Below, piece after piece: positions 26,116-36,363 of a DNA stretch of 64,000 nt. The stretch lies in assembly GCF_018977255.1 (NCBI RefSeq), contig NW_024704742.1, positions 27,220,001-27,284,000 of the forward strand, in the 5' to 3' direction. Every line of letters starts with the position of its first letter. Position 1 is the stretch's first letter. The notes below the pieces were generated by a model, which was given only the letters and a program-made list of their open reading frames with translations, was not told where the DNA came from and did no database searches. Made by a program: the position numbers and the translations under genes. This DNA is from Callorhinchus milii. Taxonomy: Eukaryota.

Positions 26116-26934
26116 TAGTTGGGACCTCACTGTCAGAAATGGACTGTGCGTTTGCCAAAAATCAGCCACTATGTTTGACACTAGTTACTCGTGTAGCACT
26201 TTTGAAATGTTTCCACCTGATAAAAAGCTATAAAAATACATCCTTCCTTCCATTCTCCCCAAAATAATATTTTACAGTTAAACAGGTCTAACATCATATC
26301 TATCATTTTACATAGAATTACACACAATGTACGTGATAGAAACAGACCATTAGACCCAACTGGTCTGTGCCGGTGTTTTATACTCCACATGAACCTTCCA
26401 CTCCTCGTAATCCCCTCTCTCATACAACCTATCCTCTTCCACCTCAGGCACACTTTTTGGAGAATTAAAGTGACAATTTTACTTTGCCTTAAGACCAAAG
26501 AGAACAATGTAATGTCTGCTCGAATGCTTGTGATAGAAAACGTTACACAACTATTCGCTACCAAGCCATGCACCAAGCCATTTTCTTGAGAAACAGCTGT
26601 ATATGTCTTACTCACCAATAAAATCTCGAAAATGTATTTGCAGTCTCCACAGCCCCTCTCCTCAAAGCCTTCTCTAGCAGCCTCAAAAAGCAAGACATTG
26701 TGGGTTCTGGGTGATCTCATCATACCTTGACCACAGAGTGGTCTCCACATGACTGTGATAGCTCTGCTGAGGCAAAGGCAGTTGTACAGTATAAGTGCTA
26801 AAAGTAGTCTCTCTACAGCACTGTATAATAGTAATAATAATCCTTGCATTTGATATAGAATATACTGTAGAGTGAATTGACTGTATATTTTGTGTGCGAA
26901 GCGCTAGCAAAGGAACAGATCCATACCTAAACCA

Positions 26935-27245
26935 CAATCAAAATATTACATTTATATGGTGCCTTTCACACCGGGAGGAAGTCCCAAGGCACTGGACAGT
27001 TTTGGACCCCAGATGGAGGTTGGGATCAGGAGGGTGGAGGGCAGGGAGGGTAAGGATAGGAGGGGAACCAAAGGTGCGATCGAAGAGGAGGGTGTTGAAG
27101 GAGATAAGGGAAGGAACTATGAGATGGAGTTCCAAAAGGTGGTAGCAGAAAGGCTGAAGACCTGATTGCCAATGGTGGGGTGGGCAGGGCGGGGACATGG
27201 AACAGGCCAGAGCCCGCTGAGCGAAGGGAGTGGACAGGTTGGTAT
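26935..27245 (-). mobile_element. L2 3' fragment
   Basis: HSLRSAGSGL..; tail on the minus strand. Confidence 0.88.
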
Positions 27246-28084
27246 AGACAAACTATATTACCCATGACTTTAGAGATGATTGCATGCTGGTCAATAGATT
27301 GACTGTGTCAGTGTGAACTTTCTCTGTATAATATCTAATAATCCTTGAATTTGATACAGCACCTTTCACATCAGGAGGACAACTCCAAACATTTCTTGAT
27401 GTACTGCAAAGTGTAGTGACCGTGTATTTTGTTGGTGATCTCAGGAGAGGAAGCCTTGGTTCATTTCCCCTTCGCTAATCCAGGCCACTAGGATTTTTTA
27501 TAGTGATCTTATTTGCCATTACCATGCTTTTTGTTAAGAAACAAGCTCTTTGATAATGAACTAAATTGGCAGAGCTTAAGATTCAGGTTAATATAAACAC
27601 CATTACACCTTCCTGTTCCTCTACTGAACCATTTGCCTTTCAGGTTTGTCAGAGGTTGTGAATAACTTCACTGGGATGATTGTAAATGTGTCACAGTGTG
27701 TGATAATCTGCCTTTTACCTACCATTCAGTCCTGAAATTACTCCATATTCCGATCACAGGAGTGGGCAGTAGTTTTAGATCTCGCTCACAGTAATGGACA
27801 GGATTGCTGTGTGCAGTTCACAGCAGTGAAGAGCTGATTTCCATTTATATCACAGTCGTGGACACAAACAGCGCAGATGTCTCACAGCAGTAACCGATCA
27901 GTATAAAAATGATTATACTTTCAAGCTGTTTTTTTTAAGAATACATTGCAAATAAAATTGGCTTTTTCTGTTTTGAAACCTATCAACTCATGTACAAATA
28001 TTCCTACCAATCCTGTCTCAATCACAACAAACTCTAAAATCTAATTGCAAGACCATTTATTGTGCTCAAGCTCTATTTTGTTGC

Positions 28085-28400
28085 TTGTTTATGTGTGTGT
28101 GAATTAGATTTCCATCTATTTGTGTGAGTATGTGTATTTGATGTGAGTGTGTGAGATGTGCCCCTATATGTGTGTATGCATGTGTTTATGTGTTTGTATT
28201 TGTGTATTGGTGTGTACATTTGTGTGTGTGTTTGTGTGTGTGAGTTTGTGTGCATGTGTCTGTACAGCTGTATATGTGATGTGTGTGTGTGTGAGTGAGT
28301 GTGATATGTTTGTGTGGGAGTAATTGAATGAGTGAACAAGTAAGTGATTGAGTGTGATGTATATGTTTGAGTTTGTGTAGGTGTGCGCTGTGTGTCTGAA
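28085..28400. repeat. Degenerate (TG)n tract, about 300 bp
   Basis: Visible directly; explains the H/T-rich ORFs at 28073-28556. Confidence 0.9.
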
Positions 28401-28629
28401 TACTTGCATAGGAAGATCTAGAAGGAATCCCACATGCAGGGGATTAAAGGGGAAGGAAAAATATACCATGCGGGTGGGGGGGAGCATATAGAGTTGTATA
28501 AGATATTTTAGGTGATAGAGAAAGTAAACCCAGAACAGTAATTTCAGACATGCCAAGATATTAGGACAAGAGGGTACATGTCAGGGCTGTAAAAAGGCAT
28601 ATCCGGATATATTATTATACAATACATAA

Positions 28630-28992
28630 GGAGTCCTGGAGTTCAGTGGTTAGAACACTTGCGTCGCAAGTGAGAGTCCTGGGTTCAAATCTCGACAGGG
28701 CGAGATGTTGGGCAAGTTTCGTTACTCCAAACGCCTCTGTTTACCTAGCAGTAAGTAGGAACCCGGTTGTTAGTCGATTGGCGGATCGTTTTTCTGGGGG
28801 TAATAATTCCTTCAAAAAATAAAATAATAAATTGGTCATTCAATCCACGACTGTTTGTGGGACTCTGCTGTGTGCAATTGGCTGCTGCGCTTTGCTCACA
28901 AATATACAGTTAATTCACTTTACACAATATTCTGTGAAGCGCTTTGAGACGTCTTGAAGACATGATAAGGCGCTATATCAAATGTAAGGATT
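28630..28992 (+). mobile_element. Full-length long-form tRNA-Ala SINE
   Basis: Most complete long-form copy: head, extra ~65-bp internal block, shared body and tail. Confidence 0.93.
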
Positions 28993-28999
28993 TCTATAA

Positions 29000-29280
29000 G
29001 GATTGAGGATGCACCAAGGCAGCAGAAAAAGAGGACGTAGGTTTAGAATTGTTAAGAACGATTTCAGGGCAGACACCAGGATGTTTTTCTTAATTGACTA
29101 CTGGAACAGGTTGCCAGGAAGGGTGGTTGATGTCAGAACACTGGACTCATTTAAAAGCAGCTTGATGCTATGATAGGATTGGTGTTCTGGAGGGATAAGG
29201 TTAGGTGGTCGGAACCAATCTTGTGGTCTTATAATTTTCTTCTTCATCCAAACCAATCTTGTGATCTTGTAATTTTCTAT
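29000..29280 (+). mobile_element. CR1 LINE 3' end
   Basis: tggaacaggttgccaggaagggtggttgat..tcatttaaaagcagcttgatg (WNRLP..VV..SFK..LD). Confidence 0.7.
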
Positions 29281-32200
29281 ATTTGGACTGCATACTAGAT
29301 TCTATTGGCTTCTAACCACTCTTCAAAGTATGTTTGAACATTTTGAATTGCATAGCATGGAAACAGGCTATTTGGCCCAACTAGTCTATTTGTGGAATAA
29401 AGATATTTTTTGCCAAGTGCTTTGTAAGAGGCTCTAGCTAATTGATGTAAGTGTGATTTACATGAATGTATAACAGAAAATATTCCTGCTCAATTTATTT
29501 CACCGGCCAATGTGCTATTCACAACAAACCTGTGAATACAGAAGGTGATAATGATCACATTAAATCTGTTATGAAACATAATTGTTTTGATCCATAATTA
29601 TACCATATTCTGGGTATAATAATAATATTTTTTGCATTTGGTAAAGCCACGTCGTGTCAAAAATATCTCAAAGCACTTCATAGGATTTATTGCAAGTGCA
29701 GGGACCATGTATTTGAAGGAGAATGCGATAGCCAATTTGAACACAGCAATGTCCCACAAACAGGTAACCTGTCAGGTAACACAATCGTTAGGTAAGAAAG
29801 ACATACTCAGGACAAGAAAAGACCATTCTAGACCAACTAGCTGATGGTACAACCATCAGTAATACAACCACAAGAACATTTTCTGAATTCTTACTAAGTA
29901 AATGGTATGACAACATGTACCATTGTGTTGTTATAAGCTACAAAACAATTGCAGCATTTATGCATTATACTGAATAGCATACTCCAAGCAATAGTTGAGC
30001 TGACTAACCTTACCCTGACTAAAATTATTTGCAAAATGAATATGTTGCTTGCATTTGATCACAAAGGGTTCTAAACCACAAAGCAAACATATTATTGCAG
30101 GTAATTATCTTGCGACAAATGCTGTTCATCAGTGCACGTTGGAATCACGTGCACATTCAAGTCACTATTTCACAAGGGTGCATGTCAAGCTAGAGAGCCT
30201 AAGTGATGGAAAACCAAAGCTTTCAAATAGGAGTTTTTTAAAAGCTTTTACTGCCTAGAGAGAATGAGATTTGAGCTATCAATTTCTCTAGATTTTTTTC
30301 TTCTGAAACCGTGTAAAAAGTGAAGAAAAAGGGATGCATGGATTTTTAGTGAGACCGAAAACTCCTGAAAGTTGAAAAAACTGTATGTAGGAGAATGTCT
30401 CATTTCTCTGTCAATAGAATATTGCCCTTAGTTCACAACCTGTTCTGTGGTTGGAATTAAATTCAATCAGGTAGATTGTTTGCACAAAAAAATGCTGGAA
30501 TATTTTCTCTCATTGGTCTGACAGAAGAGAAGAGTTGATTACTGACTCGTAGTTACAAACTACACAGTCACTACACTTTACAGCAAATCATGTAAAACAT
30601 TTTGTGACTTCCTCCTGACATGAAGGCGCTATATCAAATACAAGGATTCTTAGTGTGTTATTTAATCATAGGAACAACTTTAAATGTGAGAAGGAAGCAG
30701 AACGACAATGGCAACAACATTTTGTATTTATATAGTTATAACCCTTCATATAGTGCCCTTCATGCAGGTAGCATATCATAGAAGGCTATGGGAGGGAGTA
30801 AGGATTGGATGGAAACTCATGTGGAGTATAAACACCAGCATGGACTGGTTGGTTCAAATGGCCTGTTTCTGTACTGTACAGTCTGTGTAAATCTCTGAAA
30901 ATTCATTTGATTCCTTTTGTAGAGCAATAATTGCAACCAAGGATTTCTAAATACTGTCTCCTGTGTACCTCTGCGACCTCTCCCTGTTATCCATCGCTGC
31001 CTTTACTCTGTCTGTAGTGTGCATGGGCAGTGCAGATTTGTGGCTTTATGACTGACTGACTCCTAAACTTGCTGAAAGGGGCCAATACAGAGATTGCAAG
31101 TGAGCCCTTTTGCTTTTGCCTGTTTCTCAAACGACATTATGCTTTCCAGAGTTAAGAGAAAGACATTTATCTGCAGTGTATTTTGTGTCAAACCATCTGT
31201 GTGAGAACAGAGGGTGCTTCTTTGATCATCAGGACTTGTGCCAACTGCTTCAGTGGGTAAAGCGTGTAAATTTACTGACTGACGCAGAATCAAACACACG
31301 CACCAGTTCAGGTTGATAAATGTACTGACAGTTGCAGATCGTTCGTTTGAAGAATAGTACTAAAAACATTGGCTATACAAAGAACTATACAAAGGGCCTT
31401 TTTTGCAGTGTTGCGATAAGTGTTTTAAGAGTGAAATGGCTGTGCTGTCATCAGCAGTGCCCTGAACACTGCGGACACGCCTGGTTCAGGAATTGGAACT
31501 ACCGAAACCGGCACAGCGGGTTGATCCGATTCCGACATTCCATTACCAAACATGTCACCTTGGAGCCAGTTCAGCTCCTGCTTACCTCCCTCTCCCAAGG
31601 AGGCCATTCACTGGTTGTTCATTTGACATCTGACAAGCTCACAAGGAGTATTCCAGGGATCAGGAACTCCCTGTGAATGTTCTGGTGAGCAGTTTCCGGT
31701 GAGCAGCGCAGCTCAGTATGAAATGTGTGAGAGCATTATTATGATTTGGAAAAATAAATTATTTTGAATTGTTCAAAGTCCAGGTTAAGATTTACTCATT
31801 AAAGTAACAGAGGATTCAGAACTTGGGCAAATCGTTTGAATTCAGTTTTCACTTTGAAGCCAGATTTCTGTAGCTCTTAAAAGATCTGAAAGATGAAAGC
31901 GGCTTCAAAATTCAGACTGTATTGAAGTACTTATCCATTTCTGGAGATTCTAAAATGCTATGGAAATAAACTCAGGTGGAATTTTACCCTTCTAACACTT
32001 TACCAAACATGTTTGCTGTAGCAGTAAATATAATGACTTTTAAAAGGGAGTTCGGCAAATTATTTGTAAAGAAAAAATAGGAAAGGCTTTGGAAAAACGG
32101 CAGGGGATTGGGACTAGATGGTTAGGATTTACAGAGAGAACAAAGGGCCATTTTCTTTGGTGGGGTGAGGAAAAAGGGGGTGTACGATGCATGCAGGAGC

Positions 32201-32552
32201 CCATCACCATGCTTAGTCCTATCCAAACAAGAGATTCATGAATGCAGCCTTCACAGGGAAATTTCCCCGAGTCTGGAATGGAATGTGTTCTCGCTCCCTG
32301 GAGGGAGGTACCCTGCTAACCTAATTCTGGAGAGTATGAGGCGAAGGTTGGCGAGAAACAAATATTGGGGTCAACAGAATGTATGGTAGGATGCTGCTCA
32401 AGGGCATTTGATTCTAACTGAACACTTTATTGAAACTCCCTACAATTCAATGGTGAGGCCCCAGCTTGTTTGCAGTGTTGGGCACTGCACCTTCAAAAGA
32501 TGATCGATGAATTGAAGCGGGTTCATGGAAAATAACCAGAGGATTGCCCTAG

Positions 32553-33215
32553 CAACAACAAAATTACATTTGTATAGAGCCATTCAAGTCGGGAAGATGT
32601 CCTAAGGTGCTGGACAGACAGAGTTATGGACCCGAGCTGGAGGTCGGGATAGGGGAGGGTGGAGGGCAGGCGGGGAAGCAGGGAGATTGAAAGTACAATC
32701 GTAGAGGAGGGTCTTGAAGGTGGCGAGGGAGGGGGCGAGATGGAGGGACTGTGGCATGGAGTTCCAGAGGGTGGGTGCAGAGTGGCCGATGGCCCGCCTG
32801 CCAGTAGTGGGGCGAGCAAGGCGGGAGGCGTGACCCAGGCCAGAGCCCACTGAGCAGAGGGAGCGAACAGGATGGTAGAGGGTTAGGAGGTCGGAGAGGT
32901 AGGGGGGAGCAAGACCATGAAGGGCTTTGAAGGTGGGGACCAGATTCTTGAACTGTATCCTCTGATGGGAGGCCAGTGGAGTTGGGCAAGGATGGGGGTG
33001 ATGGGGTCGTGGAGCCTAGTGCGGGAAAAGACATGGATTGCAGAGTTCTGGATGATCTGCAGTCTGTGGAGGGAGGAGTTGGGGAAGCCGACAAGCAGTG
33101 AGTTTGCATAGTCGAGCCTCGATGTAATGAAGGCTTGTATGAGGTTTTCGGCAGCCTGCGGTGTGAGACAGTATCGGAGCCGGGCAGCATTGGTCGGAGG
33201 TGGGGGAAGGCGAAG
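32553..33215 (-). mobile_element. L2 3' fragment, about 660 bp
   Basis: AAENLIQAFITSRLDYANSLLVG..LHWP in the track ORF 32883-33251. Confidence 0.93.
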
Positions 33216-33534
33216 CGAGTTAAGTCCCTTGAAATGTGAAGCAAGACTCACAGGATTGAGCTAGGTTTTGATTGAGATTGATCCAGGTGTTTAAAATACT
33301 GAGGGGAAACAGGTTTATCTGGGAGATAGTTGGTTAGGGCAGTGGGAGAAACTCCCTTTTCAAATAGTCAATTCAGTAATAGATCTTTAACAGCCATTTG
33401 ATTAGGCTGTATAGCTTAATCAAGTGGCCACATGCAGTCATGAATCATTAATGTTATACATCACATGGATGCTTCATTTCTTATTTTCTTCTTCATTGAG
33501 CAGTTCAGTTTGTTCTCAATGGCAAGATATGCAG

Positions 33535-33864
33535 TTTCAGCTGGTTAAACTCCAGCAGTGCTCCAACACAATCTCTGGGGTCCCTAAGCCTTGACTTGCC
33601 AACCTGTGCCCGATACTTTCTGGAATTAGGTAAGCAGGATGCATCCTTCTGGGGAGACAGTAATAATATAATAATATTCCTTGGATTTGATCTAGCACCT
33701 TATCACGTCTTCGAGATGTTTCAAAGTGCTTCACAGATGTTTCTGTAAAATGAATTGATTGCATATTTTGTGGGTGAAAAGCAGCAACCAATTGCTCACA
33801 GCAGTGTACCCACAAACAGTCTTGAATTGAGCGACCAAGTTATTATTATTATTTATCTATTTAT

Positions 33865-33900
<36 letters not shown>

Positions 33901-34075
33901 TTAAAGGGATTATTACCCCTGGAAGACAATCTGCTAAACGACTAACAACTGGGTTCCTACTTACTGTTAAGTAAACAGAGGCATGTGGAGAAAGGATTGT
34001 GCATTTCACTCGAAACACAGGAATTTCCATGTATAGGTGGGATGCACGGAACTCTCAATTTTGGATACTCTTTAG
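33535..34075. repeat. Unclassified ~260-bp interspersed repeat, split by a SINE
   Basis: 33535-33660 is highly similar to 35555-35675; 33991-34075 matches about 21990-22060 and, inverted, 20355-20430. Confidence 0.85.
33661..33990 (-). mobile_element. Long-form SINE (headless) with internal (TATC)n, inserted into the unclassified repeat
   Basis: Tail, body and internal block on the minus strand; (TATC)n at about 33865-33897. Confidence 0.85.
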
Positions 34076-35157
34076 TTTGAGTTATCTGAATTGAGATTCG
34101 TATCAGATTGTTTGAAGAAGTGGTTCACATAGAATGCCTGAATCTTGTTTGTACTCCTTTATTTTTCTTGACAATGACAACCGCAGGTTGCAGTTTAGTG
34201 TATCGATTTCTGTTTCAGTAAAAGCTGACATTTATCTTTTGCACTTGTACAAGTGCAGCTGTTTTTTTTAAAAAACAAAAATCAAGAGGATAAGAAAAGC
34301 CAGCCATTTCCCTCTGATTCTCATACACACACACACGGCTGGAGAAAAATGAGAGTTATCCACAAAAATGGGAATTGGGTTAAAATTTGTAAAATAACAG
34401 CAAATTATTTTCCTATAATTCCTATAAATAATGAATCCTTTACCTCTCGTAAATGTATACCAGCCATTGACATAACAGCAGTAATGAATATTTTTTCACA
34501 TTGTAACCAAGGCTAACAAGGCATAACTCTAGTGTTAAGGATGTGGATGTGTTTCAGGGCATTTTAAGTGCGTTGATATTGTAGCTAGGTTTGTTAGTGT
34601 CCCTCGCTGCCAAGGTAAAGTATCCCAAGTTGTAAACTGTGTTTCCCACAGATAAACTCCTGTTAGCTACACTGACCTGAGAGACTTTGGCTCTGTGGAA
34701 ATTTTGGGTCAGAGCCAAGGCTTTGCAAGTCATCGTGATGTACAAGGCATTCCTTGCACAAAACACAGTTAATGTCGAGAGTTTTTTTCCCCCCCAGTGG
34801 GGAAGAACCAGTGATCATGTCACTTTCACAAGGAGCTCTTTCACCGCTGTAATACCAGACAGTCTTAGTCATCCCCAAGTGACTGAATCAGGTGGTTTGA
34901 CCCTGAGGTGCTATTGACCCACTTGATTTCAATTGGAGTGATGTTGGGTTTCATTTCACTGTGCGTTTGCTGGGTATTATCATCCTGGTTATATTTTGTG
35001 GTTTTACTCTAAAGGGCAGACATGTCAACTTTGCTTCATAATCACTGGATCCCTACGGGTGCAAATGTACACAATTATTTGCGTCTACGTTTTGCTCATG
35101 CCATAAACAGAAAACAATGAGGACGGGTGGAATACCCATTTTATTCCTCATGAGAAT

Positions 35158-35310
35158 AATACAATACAATTTACATTTAGGCAGCGTATTTCATGTTGCA
35201 AGGACGTCTCACAGCACTTGACCACTGCTGGCTGGGCATCTGAGCTGGAGGTGGGAGCCAAAGGGGGTGGGGAGGGGAAAGATATTTGAAGAGGTCGGTC
35301 TTGAGGATGT
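35158..35310 (-). mobile_element. Degraded L2 tail
   Basis: acaatttacattt..ggacgtctcacagcac..tctgagctggagg. Confidence 0.6.
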
Positions 35311-35554
35311 TTCAGTTGGTTAAGATTTGTCTTGTGTAGAACTGAGCCATACTAACGTCAGTTGACATGGCAGTACGGGGCTCTAAAATACCCTGTTTAA
35401 CCCGGCAAGCCAAAGCCCTAATAGGTTGTAGGATGGTCCTACATCAAACACAACTTGCATTTACACAGCTCCCTTTGTGCGGGTGGTATCTCAGAGTTAT
35501 TGTTGGACAAGCAGTAGGAAGCTTATCAATGCTTTCAATGGCAAATATGCAATC

Positions 35555-35757
35555 TTAGCTAGTTAAACTCCAGCAATTACTTAACACAGACTCTGGGGTC
35601 CCCAAGCCTTGCTTTTGCCAACCTGTGCCTGCAACTCTCTGGAATTAGGTAACCAGGATGCATCCCTTCTGGGAGAGAGATCACATTCCATTCTCAAACG
35701 AGGGAATTTCCTTGTGTAGGCGAGGCATGCTGATATGTCTCTGCATGTGTCAGACAC
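35555..35757. repeat. Unclassified ~260-bp interspersed repeat copy
   Basis: gttaaactccagca..ctctggggtccc.aagccttg..gccaacctgtgcc..tctggaattaggtaa.caggatgcatcc. Confidence 0.85.
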
Positions 35758-36010
35758 TGCTAGTAAGTAGGAACCCAGTTGTTAGTCGATTGGCAGATCA
35801 TTTTCCGAAGAATAATACCTTTTTTTTAAAAAAAAAATTGGGTCACTCAATCCACGACAGTTTGTGAGATACTGCTGTGCACAATTGCCTGGCGAATTTC
35901 CTCCACAAAATATACAGTCAATTAACTTCACAATCCATTTTGTGAAGCACTTTGAGACATCTCCACATTGTGATAAGGCGCTAAATCAAATGCAAGGATT
36001 ATTATTATTA
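35758..36010 (+). mobile_element. Long-form SINE, 5'-truncated
   Basis: agtaagtaggaacccagttgttagtcgattggc through tail tcaaatgcaaggattattatt. Confidence 0.88.
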
Positions 36011-36040
36011 TAATAATAATAATAATCCTTGCATTTGATA

Positions 36041-36363
36041 TAATAATATTAATAATAATCCTTGCATTTGATATAGCGCTTTTCACGTCGGGAGGACGTC
36101 CCAAAGCGCTTCATAGAATATACTATAAAGTGAATTGACTGTATATTTGTGGGCGAACGCGGCAGCCAATTGCGCGCAGGAATGTTCCACAAACAGTCGT
36201 GGATTGAAAATGACCAATTTATTATTGTTTTGTTTTTTGAAGGGATTATTATTAGACGTGTGGAGTAAGGAAACTTGCCCAAGGTTTCGCCCTGCCTGGA
36301 ATTGAACTCCGGTCTCTCACTTGCAAAGAGAGTGCTCTAACCACTGAGCTACAGGACTCCACA
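36041..36363 (-). mobile_element. Young short-form tRNA-Ala SINE inserted in the (TTA)n tail of another SINE
   Basis: Full length; host (TTA)n is present on both sides. Confidence 0.95.

Noticed and set aside
26181..26849. 222-aa ORF on the minus strand
   Set aside because: Starts in a SINE tail and crosses a CR1 tail; no domain or splice support.
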